The notes under the pieces: model-generated
Database searches by the model: none
The model's input: only the letters and a program-made list of their open reading frames with translations
Told to the model about the DNA's origin: nothing
Assembly: GCA_016926065.1 (NCBI GenBank)
Contig: JAFGPI010000152.1
Coordinates: forward strand, 1 to 50,979
Length of the DNA stretch: 50,979 nucleotides
Source: Candidatus Krumholzibacteriota bacterium
GTDB taxonomy: Bacteria; Krumholzibacteriota; Krumholzibacteriia; Krumholzibacteriales; Krumholzibacteriaceae
Direction: 5' to 3'
Program-made: the position numbers and the translations under genes
Shown here: positions 17,390-26,088 of the stretch, piece after piece
Layout of the letters: each line of letters opens with the position of its first letter
Position numbering within the stretch: the stretch's first letter is position 1

Positions 17390-18874
17390 GTGATAGTCAT
17401 GAGTCTGGAGATATGGGCCCTAGTTGAAGACAGCCGGATAAGGGAATTACTGGAAGAGCTTGCTTCCAATGAAGGCCTGACGCTGAAATATTTCGATAAT
17501 CTTTCCCCCGCGCTCAATACCCCGGAACCGGCCGGAGGTATGATCCTGGCGCTCGACTCCGGCGGTGCCTATAACAATTACCTGACCATCATCAAGCGTT
17601 TCCAGAAAAATTTCACATGGTTTGACGTAATCGTGTTCGGAGAGTATAAAACCGCGGAGATTATGGAGCGGGAGCGGTATGTGGGAGTTGATCTTTATGT
17701 ACACGATCTTTCCGACCGCGAGGAATTTCACCTGCGGGCCTCGCATTTGGTGTCCCTGAGGAGGCTTAAAAGCGATTCCGGAATCGTGGGCAGGTCGGCC
17801 GTTTTGGAGGAAACGCTGGCCACCATCATGCAGGTGGCCCCCACCGAGGTTTCGATTCTCATAGAGGGAGAGAGCGGGTCGGGAAAGGAGTTAACCGCCC
17901 AGGCCATTCATATAAAAAGCCACCGTAGCGCCAAAACTTTTGAAGCGGTCAACTGCGGGGCCCTGGCCGAAGGGGTGCTGGAAAGCGAGTTGTTCGGGCA
18001 CGAAAGGGGTTCCTTCACCGGTGCCGTTGCCAGAAGACGGGGACTGTTCGAAAGGGCTGATGGAGGCACCCTGTTCCTGGACGAAGTGGGAGAGATGTCG
18101 ATCAACATGCAGGTTAAGCTGCTGCGGGTGCTGGAAAGCGGGGAATTTATCAGGGTGGGGGGAATCGAGAAGCTGCGTTCCGACGTAAGGATAATAACCG
18201 CCACCAATAAAGAGCTGGAATCCTCCGTCGAGCGGGGAGAATTCAGAAAGGATCTTTATTACCGGCTCAAGGTGGTCCGGGTGAGGATTCCCCCGCTGCG
18301 GGCCAGGCAGGAAGACATTCCCTTCCTGGTCAGGTATTTTATAAAGAGATCATCCCGCAAACATGGGAGGTCCATCAAGGGAATAGACAACACCGGCCTG
18401 GATCTGTTGGTTCAACATTCCTGGCCCGGAAACGTGAGGGAACTGGCGAATATGATCGATAATCTAACGGTGCTGTGCCAGCATCAGGTCATCCGCGTGG
18501 CCGACGTGGAAAAACGCATGGCGGAGAATGCCTCGCCACAACCCCTGCCCGACCTTCCCGTGCATGTCAAGCGCAGCCGGGATCAATTGGAGAGAGAATT
18601 GATAATGAATTCTCTCCTGTCCCTGCACAAGGATGTGCGGGAGATACTCGAATTACTGACCCGGGGGGAGGGTCCCGTTCCGGGCAGGTGGAAAAACTGG
18701 GTCGAGGTCAAGGAGGCGGGGAGCGAGAATGTGCGGGACCTGGAGAGCCTGGAAAGGGAAATGATCAGGGAAGCCTTGGTCATGAATGGAGGAAACCGGC
18801 GGAAGACCGCCCGGCAATTGGGTTTATCCGAAAGAACGCTCTACCGGCGGATTAAAGAGTACGGACTGAAGTGA
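17390..18874 (+). CDS. sigma54-dependent activator with a degenerate receiver-like N-terminus
   Basis: GESGSGKE, GSFTGA, FLDEVGE, WPGNVREL and HTH; N-terminus lacks clear DD/D/KP receiver motifs. Confidence 0.9.
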   Translation: MIVMSLEIWALVEDSRIRELLEELASNEGLTLKYFDNLSPALNTPEPAGGMILALDSGGAYNNYLTIIKRFQKNFTWFDVIVFGEYKTAEIMERERYVGVDLYVHDLSDREEFHLRASHLVSLRRLKSDSGIVGRSAVLEETLATIMQVAPTEVSILIEGESGSGKELTAQAIHIKSHRSAKTFEAVNCGALAEGVLESELFGHERGSFTGAVARRRGLFERADGGTLFLDEVGEMSINMQVKLLRVLESGEFIRVGGIEKLRSDVRIITATNKELESSVERGEFRKDLYYRLKVVRVRIPPLRARQEDIPFLVRYFIKRSSRKHGRSIKGIDNTGLDLLVQHSWPGNVRELANMIDNLTVLCQHQVIRVADVEKRMAENASPQPLPDLPVHVKRSRDQLERELIMNSLLSLHKDVREILELLTRGEGPVPGRWKNWVEVKEAGSENVRDLESLEREMIREALVMNGGNRRKTARQLGLSERTLYRRIKEYGLK

Positions 18875-19018
18875 CCGCTGGTTCGTCCGCTCCCTCCCCG
18901 TGTGGGGCGGTTAATTGTATTTGTGTTCATTATATATATTTGATATAATTATAGGCAGCAGGAGTAGGTTTTTGGCGCGTTTTACTCAAAATACTGAGTA
19001 GATATTCCCCCTGGGAAA

Positions 19019-20071
19019 ATGGAGAGCATAATGAAATGGTGTAGCGTTGGGGTCTGTCTTCTAATTGCCCTGTCCCCGATGACCCTGCGGGCTGAAAAGT
19101 ACGCCGGAGAGTTCATGGCTCTGGGCGGAGGAGCCCGCGCCATGGCGATGGGAGGGGCATTTGCCGCCATCGCCGATGATGCCACCGCCACTTTCTGGAA
19201 TCCGGCGGGCCTGGCCGATTTCTCGGCCCTGCGGTCCGGTCCCGGAGACTGGGAACTGGCCCTAATGAATTCGGAACGGTTCGGAAATCTGATCGATTAC
19301 CATTTCTTCTCGCTCGCGCTGCCCCTTAAACCGGGTAAATCGGCCTGGGGATTATCGTTGATTCATATGGGAATAGATGATATCAGGATTATTCCCTGGA
19401 AATCGGGGATGGTAGGCGGTGACGATGGAGATGACATATTTGAAAGCCATGAAAGCCTGAATTTTAATTACCGGGATTTTCCCCTGGAAAGCGCCAATGA
19501 TTACGCCCTATTTCTATCCTACGCGCAGGTCATGAATTTCGGAAATATCGGAGCCTCCGCCAAGCTCATCCGTAACGATCAAGTAACCGGGGTTTCGAGT
19601 TTTGGTATAGGTATAGATATCGGATTTCTACACCGGGAAATGTGGAAGGACCTCAGGTTGGGAGTCAAGCTTCAAGATGCTACCGGCACCTATATCAGCT
19701 GGAGCACCGGAAAGAAGGAATTTATCTATCCGGCGCTGAAGGTGGGATGGGGATATCCTTTGGCGGTCAAAAGCATGAACAGCGTTCTGCTGCTGGCGGT
19801 GGACGGTGATTTCAGATTCGAAAACCGCAGGAGTGTTTCCCAGTTTTGGCTGGGAAGAGCCAGCGCCGATTTTCACCTGGGAGCGGAATTGCTGATTCGT
19901 GACTTGGTAGCCTTAAGGGGCGGTTACGATATGGGCCGTTTGACCGCCGGAGCCGGTTTCTTTCTGGAGGATCTCGGACTGTGGGATGTTTCTGTGGGCA
20001 TTGATTACGCGCTATTAATTCATGACGAGCTGGACACAACTCATAGGATATCGCTCCTGGTTGCTCATTGA
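19019..20071 (+). CDS. PorV/PorQ-family (FadL-like) outer-membrane protein
   Basis: Signal peptide, then EKYAGEFMALGGGARAMAMGGAFAAIADDATATFWNPAGL; C-terminal DYA...THRISL. Confidence 0.82.
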   Translation: MESIMKWCSVGVCLLIALSPMTLRAEKYAGEFMALGGGARAMAMGGAFAAIADDATATFWNPAGLADFSALRSGPGDWELALMNSERFGNLIDYHFFSLALPLKPGKSAWGLSLIHMGIDDIRIIPWKSGMVGGDDGDDIFESHESLNFNYRDFPLESANDYALFLSYAQVMNFGNIGASAKLIRNDQVTGVSSFGIGIDIGFLHREMWKDLRLGVKLQDATGTYISWSTGKKEFIYPALKVGWGYPLAVKSMNSVLLLAVDGDFRFENRRSVSQFWLGRASADFHLGAELLIRDLVALRGGYDMGRLTAGAGFFLEDLGLWDVSVGIDYALLIHDELDTTHRISLLVAH

Positions 20072-20118
20072 TGCCCTCCGGATATGCTGTGGCAGATTGA
20101 TGAAAAAGTGAGTAGTTA

Positions 20119-21327
20119 TTGAAAATACTTACCATGATACTTGCCGGTGGTACCGGTAAGGATTTATCCGCTTTAACCAGACATAGGGCAAAAACAGCGA
20201 TTCCCTTCGGGGGACATTACCGGATCATAGATTTCTGCCTGAGCAACTGCGTTCATTCCGGATTGTCCGACATATTTATCTTGGCCCAGTACAATCCCCG
20301 TTCCCTTATTGAACATATACGGATGGGAAAACCCTGGGATCTGGATAGAAAGACCGGGGGAGTGCAGATCCTCCAGCCCGTCTATTATGGAAAAGCCGCC
20401 CACTGGTACCGGGGAACGGCCGATGCACTCTACCACAACCGGGATCTCCTGCGCAATTCAAACGCGGAGCTGGTAATGGTCCTTTCCGGGGACCAGGTCT
20501 ACGTTATGGATTACCGGGACCTGATCAACTACCATATCCAACGGGATAGTCCGGTCACCATCGCCTATAAGAAGGTTAATCCCAGCCAGCATTCCAGGTT
20601 CGGTATGGTCCGTTGCTCCGACTCCGGATTTATCACCGAGTTCAAGGAAAAACCGCCCTCTTCCCCTTATCCTTACGCTTCCCTGGGGATTTATCTCTTT
20701 TCCCGGCAGTTTCTGCTGGACATATTGCGGCCGGGAAAGACGGATATCGTATTTGACCTTATCATGCCCCTGCTGGAGGAGCAGAAGGTCTCCGGATTCC
20801 AGTTTGACGGGTACTGGGAAGACATAGGCTCCATTCCCAGCTATTTCAATGCTTCTCAAAGGCTTCTGGGCCACCTTTCCATGATCAACCGTCCCGATTG
20901 GCCGATTTTTACCAGGGGCGAAAATCTGGCCCCGGCGAAATTTTCCCGCTGGTCGCAGGTTAATAATTCGATAGTGGCCGATGGATGCGTGATAAAGGGC
21001 AAGGTGACCGACAGCATTCTGTTCCCGGGAGTGATTATCGAAAAAGAGGCCGTGGTGGAAAAGAGCATAGTCTTCTCTTATTCCCGGGTCGGGAAGGGAG
21101 CTCGCCTCAGGAGATCGATCATTGATAAGCAGGTGGTGATTGAGGAAGCGGCCGGCTTGGGAATCAAAAAGACGAGGAATTACAGGAAATTCGATGAATA
21201 TCGGGATATGGATCCGGATCTGGATACCGGCGGAATTACCATTGTGGGAAAGAGATCCCGGATTCCGAGAAATCTCAATATTCCCGCCGGTCTGGTCATT
21301 GAGCCGGGATCGAGAATGAGAATGTGA
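20119..21327 (+). CDS. glgC: Glucose-1-phosphate adenylyltransferase paralogue 1 (divergent, possibly GlgD-like)
   Basis: LAGGTGKDL, RAKTAIPFGG, WYRGTADA, LSGD, EKP, YWEDIG; left-handed beta-helix. Confidence 0.85.
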   Translation: MKILTMILAGGTGKDLSALTRHRAKTAIPFGGHYRIIDFCLSNCVHSGLSDIFILAQYNPRSLIEHIRMGKPWDLDRKTGGVQILQPVYYGKAAHWYRGTADALYHNRDLLRNSNAELVMVLSGDQVYVMDYRDLINYHIQRDSPVTIAYKKVNPSQHSRFGMVRCSDSGFITEFKEKPPSSPYPYASLGIYLFSRQFLLDILRPGKTDIVFDLIMPLLEEQKVSGFQFDGYWEDIGSIPSYFNASQRLLGHLSMINRPDWPIFTRGENLAPAKFSRWSQVNNSIVADGCVIKGKVTDSILFPGVIIEKEAVVEKSIVFSYSRVGKGARLRRSIIDKQVVIEEAAGLGIKKTRNYRKFDEYRDMDPDLDTGGITIVGKRSRIPRNLNIPAGLVIEPGSRMRM

Positions 21328-21334
21328 GGGGATA

Positions 21335-22606
21335 ATGGATATGATCGCTTTCATTATGGCCGGGGGAGTGGGTAAAAGGTTGAGCCTGCTGACCAGCTAC
21401 CGGGCCAAACCGGCCGTGCCCTTCGCCGGCAGATACCGGATAATCGATTTTACCTTGACCAACTGCGTTCGTTCGGGAATTTCGAATGTGTACGTGTTAA
21501 CCCAGTACATCTCCCGGTCGCTGATCGGACACTTGGGAATCGGTAAACCCTGGGACCTGGACCGGATCAAGGGAGGGCTGCACATTCTTCACCCGCACCT
21601 CGGATATCAGGCGGCCGATTGGTACCGGGGAACGGCTGATGCCATATTCCAGAATATTCCGGTGATAAAAAATATTTCCAGCCGGCATATCCTCATATTA
21701 TCGGGCGACCACGTGTACCATATGGACTACAGGAAATTTCTGGACTTTCATCTTCATTCCCGCACTCCGGTTACCATTGCCGTTGTGGATGTCCCTCCAT
21801 CTTGGTGTAAGGAATTTGGAATAGCCACTCTGGATTCCAAGGGGAAAATATTGAATTTTGAGGAGAAGCCCCTTCGCTCCAAAAGCTCCCTGGCTTCCAT
21901 GGGCATATATATATTCGATAAGGATTATCTGATATCCATTCTACGGGAGCTCAAACCCCGCCACGACGATCTGGATTTCGGTAAGCACGTGATCCCTCAC
22001 CTGGTCGATAGGGGAATGGTGTCCGCCTACCGGTTTGGAGGATTCTGGCTGGATATAGGAACCCTGAAAAGTTACTACCGGGCCAGTCTTTCCCTTCTAA
22101 CGGAAAGGTCGAAACTCAAATTGAGCGGCGGACACACGGTATTGACGGTGCCGGACGATAATCCCCCCCTGCTGATATCCCCGGGGGCCCGGGTGAAACA
22201 TTCCCTGATCTGTAAGGGTTGTATGGTGGAGGGGGAGGTGGAATCGTCGGTTATCTCTCCGGGGGTGATAATAGAAAAGGGAGCCCGGGTCGAAAACAGC
22301 ATCCTCCTGCATGACTGTAAGATCAGAAGGGGGGCCTCCGTGCGCAATTCGATAATAGACAAGCTGTCGGATATCGGAGCGGGGGCCCGGATCGGGTGGG
22401 GCGATCCCCGGATTCTCAACCGGCTTCAGCCCGAGTACCTTGATTTTGGATTGACCGTGATCGGGCGCACGAGCGATATCCCGGCCGGCATCGAGATCGG
22501 CACCAACTGCCTCTATTCCGGATCCATGAAAAGGGATTGTCACCCGGCGGGTAATCTTGAAGACGGCGAATCTTATCTCTGCGATGAAGCGAATATCCTG
22601 TCCTAA
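21335..22606 (+). CDS. glgC: Glucose-1-phosphate adenylyltransferase paralogue 2
   Basis: AGGVGKRL, RAKPAVPFAG, LSGDH, FEEKP, ASMGIYIF, DFGKHVIP, WLDIGT. Confidence 0.92.
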   Translation: MDMIAFIMAGGVGKRLSLLTSYRAKPAVPFAGRYRIIDFTLTNCVRSGISNVYVLTQYISRSLIGHLGIGKPWDLDRIKGGLHILHPHLGYQAADWYRGTADAIFQNIPVIKNISSRHILILSGDHVYHMDYRKFLDFHLHSRTPVTIAVVDVPPSWCKEFGIATLDSKGKILNFEEKPLRSKSSLASMGIYIFDKDYLISILRELKPRHDDLDFGKHVIPHLVDRGMVSAYRFGGFWLDIGTLKSYYRASLSLLTERSKLKLSGGHTVLTVPDDNPPLLISPGARVKHSLICKGCMVEGEVESSVISPGVIIEKGARVENSILLHDCKIRRGASVRNSIIDKLSDIGAGARIGWGDPRILNRLQPEYLDFGLTVIGRTSDIPAGIEIGTNCLYSGSMKRDCHPAGNLEDGESYLCDEANILS

Positions 22607-24435
22607 TCCGAGTCCATCCAGAGCGTGATCCGATCGCCGGGAAAGAGCCTGTCTTTGTTCACGCTGGAGTTCCAGGCCAGAACATCGGAAAGGCGCATAT
22701 TGTACTTGCGGCATATAGCGCTTAGGGTTTCACCTTTTTTTACTATGTGGATAAAAGGCTTTTTCCCGCTGTTATTCAGGTCCTCCGGGGTTTGATCCCC
22801 TTCCTCCGCCACCTCCATGAATCCGGGCGGTACGTAAATTACCAGATTGTCTCCCGGATGGATTATCGATCTGTAGCGGAGGTTGTTCCAGGATCTGACC
22901 CGGCTGAGGCCCACATGGAACCTCTCGGCGATTTCGCTCAGGGTATCACGATCTTTGACCGTGTATACAATCTTCCGGTAACCGGAGGGAGCCTTGTATT
23001 CCTTCAGGGTTATTTTGAAGGGTAGCTGGGGAGGCTCTTTATATCCCGGCTTGCTCATGCGGGAGGACAATTTTACTTCATCCTTGGTCGGGATGAGTAG
23101 GATCTTGCCTTCCCGGATGCGGTGCACATTTTGAATGTCGTTTATTCTTTTCAGCTCTTTCTGCGATATATCGTAACGGGCGGCGATGCGGGATAGGGTT
23201 TCCCCTTTTTTTACGGTGTGCCGGTACCAGGACACCCTTTCCTCCGGGGGAATCTGGGAGAGGGCCTCCAGCACTCTTTGGCCGCTTCCCTTGGGCAACT
23301 TGATATCAACCTCCATCCCCGGGGGGGTGGCCCATCTATTCAAGGCCGGATTAAGTTGTTTTATTCCGGTTAAGGTGGTTCCGGCCGCTTCGGCGATAAG
23401 CCTCAGATCGGTCGACCGGTCGATGGTAACCGTGTCGAATTCAAAGGGCCTGACCACCGGCGGGGAGAAGTCGTATTTACGGGGATTGCGCCCGATTTCC
23501 AGCGCGGCCATGAATTTGGGAACAAACCACCGGGTCTGGCTGGGAAGCCGCAGGCGCCAGTAATCGTCGGTTTTTTGCCTGGATATCGCCCGGGCCACCC
23601 GGTATTCCCCCGAGTTGTAAGCCGCCAGGGCCAATTGCCAGTTACCGAAAAGGGAATGCAGATGCTTGAGATAGTGAGCGGCGGCATAGGTGGAAGCCAC
23701 TATATCCTTGCGCTCGTCGATCCACCAATTAATTCTCAAGTTGAATAGTCTGCCCGTTCCCGCCATAAATTGCCAGGGACCGGTGGCCTTGACGTTGGAT
23801 CTAGCGGAGAGGTTCAGTCCGCTCTCTATTACCGACAGGTAAAGCAGATCCCGGGGAACCTCCGTTTGGACCAGGATGGGCTCTATTATATCCCGGTATT
23901 TTTCGACCCGTTCCAACCAGCGGGTAAAGTGTTTCCTGCCCCTGCCCTGGTAGTATTTGAGCCAGCGCTCGGTCCTCCAGTTGTACACGATTTCGATCTG
24001 TTCCTCCACCACATGGTTTTCAGCGATAGAATCGAAAACCGCCGTCATGTGGGCGCGCCAATCCTTGCTTAATTCCTCCTCCGTGGCCTGGTGATTTAAG
24101 CACAAAACCATGTTTTCCAACGTATCCAGATGATTACATACATAGGGAGCGGGGGAGGTGGCTTTCAGATCCTGAATCTCGACCAGCAGGTCCTCACTCA
24201 TATAGACGGAGGATTCGATGTCTCCCAGGTAATAGTAGGTGGAGGCCTCGTCCAGTTTTTTCTGCAGATGAAGTAATTGAGGGTAAAGGAGGTAGATCCC
24301 CTCAGTGGTTATCCCCTCGCATTCGTCGAGGATGACGGGCTCCTCCTTGCCACCGCCGGCCAGGAAGCAGCCCGGTAAACTCAGGGCCGCCAGCAGCAGG
24401 ATTATTGAGATACACACCGTTTTCATACATGTCAA
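22603..24435 (-). CDS. mltD: MltD-like lytic transglycosylase lipoprotein with LysM repeats
   Basis: Lipobox LPGC; VIESG, GPWQFM and AAYNSG SLT motifs; three clear C-terminal LysM repeats; stop overlaps the convergent glgC stop. Confidence 0.88.
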   Translation of the reverse strand: MTCMKTVCISIILLLAALSLPGCFLAGGGKEEPVILDECEGITTEGIYLLYPQLLHLQKKLDEASTYYYLGDIESSVYMSEDLLVEIQDLKATSPAPYVCNHLDTLENMVLCLNHQATEEELSKDWRAHMTAVFDSIAENHVVEEQIEIVYNWRTERWLKYYQGRGRKHFTRWLERVEKYRDIIEPILVQTEVPRDLLYLSVIESGLNLSARSNVKATGPWQFMAGTGRLFNLRINWWIDERKDIVASTYAAAHYLKHLHSLFGNWQLALAAYNSGEYRVARAISRQKTDDYWRLRLPSQTRWFVPKFMAALEIGRNPRKYDFSPPVVRPFEFDTVTIDRSTDLRLIAEAAGTTLTGIKQLNPALNRWATPPGMEVDIKLPKGSGQRVLEALSQIPPEERVSWYRHTVKKGETLSRIAARYDISQKELKRINDIQNVHRIREGKILLIPTKDEVKLSSRMSKPGYKEPPQLPFKITLKEYKAPSGYRKIVYTVKDRDTLSEIAERFHVGLSRVRSWNNLRYRSIIHPGDNLVIYVPPGFMEVAEEGDQTPEDLNNSGKKPFIHIVKKGETLSAICRKYNMRLSDVLAWNSSVNKDRLFPGDRITLWMDSD

Positions 24436-24661
24436 CCCTTCATTTCCGGGTCAATATATATTATATCGGTCAATTTATCAAGGTTCTGAAAAGTAAAAAT
24501 TTATCGGGCTAGCGATTATATAAAACCATTGATGTGATATAACATAATGATTTCATTATCTCTGAAGCGATAATCCTTTTCAGGCCTTTGAAAAAAATAG
24601 GATATGGTGTATAATTTAAATAGGAAAATAGTATTAAAAGCCCTGCTTTACAGGAAGAAAA

Positions 24662-25969
24662 ATGCATCCTGGGTTTGAAAAAGATTATAAGTACCTTCTT
24701 GCCAAGCTGATTCCCCGACAATTTCTGTCCTCGAACCGGATTGAGGGGATCCTGGACGCCCTGGTCCTGGGGGAACGCCCAGTCATGATAAGGGAGGCCT
24801 TTATCTCCCTGGAAGAACTGGTCAAGAGCGGTGTATTCAGAAAAGGGGAGGCCGTGCACCGGGAAGGGGAGGTTTCGATAGAATACACCAGGAAGAGTAA
24901 TTATCAAAAGATTACTCTGGTGATGAGCGAGAGGGAGTGGAGAACTCTGACCGCCCGGGAAAGGACGGGAGGAGGTATAGTCCCTTCCGTGCTGGCGAAT
25001 ATTTTATCCTTTCTCTCACTGAACAACGCCCAGGTATCCTCCCGCGAAAGGATAGAGAAGATGTTGGGCCTCACCGGGTACATACTCCCCGATGCCCGGG
25101 CTTTCTTTATCTTGTTCGGAAAGCTTGAACCGTCCGACGAGGAGGACCATTTATCGCTGCGGGAAGCCGAGGAGGAGGATTTACTCAAAAGCAATTTTTA
25201 CCGGCAGGCCCTGTCGACCGGTAGGATTTGCACTCTCATCCACCCTGAAATTATGTATGGAGCGGAAAGCATGTTCGGGGTCGATCCGGAAGTCAAATCG
25301 ATCATGCTTTTACCCTTGAGGGGGGGGCGGACCCACTATGGAATCTTGCAGATACATGTCTGGAGCACCGATTCTCCGCCCCAGGAGGCCTATACGAACT
25401 TTTATTTGATCGCTCAGGGAATCGTGCGCTATCTGGAAAATAGTAGACACTTCGCCGAAATGGTTTCCATCGATACCCTGACCAAGGTGAACAACCGCAA
25501 CTATTATGAGACCCAGCTACCCCTGGAAATGGAGCGGGCATCGCGAACCCAGCGATGCCTCGGATTTTTAATAATGGACATAGATGACTTCAAGCTCTTT
25601 AACGATCGTTACGGGCACGATACCGGAGACGAGGTGTTGAAGATTGTGGCCCACACTATCAGAAGGCACCTGAGAAAGATCGATCTCCTTTTCCGCTTCG
25701 GAGGGGAGGAATTTGTTGCCCTGTTGCCGGGCGCGGGGAGGGAGGCGGCGGAAAGAACCGCCGAGAGAATCAGGGAGGTCGTGTCCCAGACCGGATTCAA
25801 ACTGGAGGAAGGACGCATCCTATCCATCACCCTGACTATCGGGGGGTGTATCTACCCGGTGGACGCCGAAAGGGAAGAAGATTTGTTCCATAAGGCGGAC
25901 CAGGCTCTCTTGAAAGCCAAGAGCGATGGCAAGAACCGGGTATGTTTCTACCCCGGAAAGGACGATTAA
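24662..25969 (+). CDS. GAF-like plus GGDEF diguanylate cyclase
   Basis: DTLTKVNNR, DIDDFKLFND, RKID I-site five residues before GGEEF. Confidence 0.92.
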   Translation: MHPGFEKDYKYLLAKLIPRQFLSSNRIEGILDALVLGERPVMIREAFISLEELVKSGVFRKGEAVHREGEVSIEYTRKSNYQKITLVMSEREWRTLTARERTGGGIVPSVLANILSFLSLNNAQVSSRERIEKMLGLTGYILPDARAFFILFGKLEPSDEEDHLSLREAEEEDLLKSNFYRQALSTGRICTLIHPEIMYGAESMFGVDPEVKSIMLLPLRGGRTHYGILQIHVWSTDSPPQEAYTNFYLIAQGIVRYLENSRHFAEMVSIDTLTKVNNRNYYETQLPLEMERASRTQRCLGFLIMDIDDFKLFNDRYGHDTGDEVLKIVAHTIRRHLRKIDLLFRFGGEEFVALLPGAGREAAERTAERIREVVSQTGFKLEEGRILSITLTIGGCIYPVDAEREEDLFHKADQALLKAKSDGKNRVCFYPGKDD

Positions 25970-26088
25970 GAGTTATTTATTCCACCGGGATGACGATTGC
26001 ATTCCGGTGAGCGGCCCTGTGAGAGCAGTGTCCAAAAATAAAATTCCCGGTTGAGGCAGCGGATCCGCAAACACGGCGCGGGAGGAGG

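Noticed and set aside
18973-18987. sigma54 promoter before porV (TGGCGCG...), and similar TGGC sites at 7884, 8153, 8620 and 15948
   Set aside because: No GC at the required GG-N10-GC spacing
24463-24489. sigma28 promoter for mltD (TCAGAACC-N11-ACCGATAT on the - strand)
   Set aside because: The -35 match is weak and an overlapping TATAAT explains the site equally well
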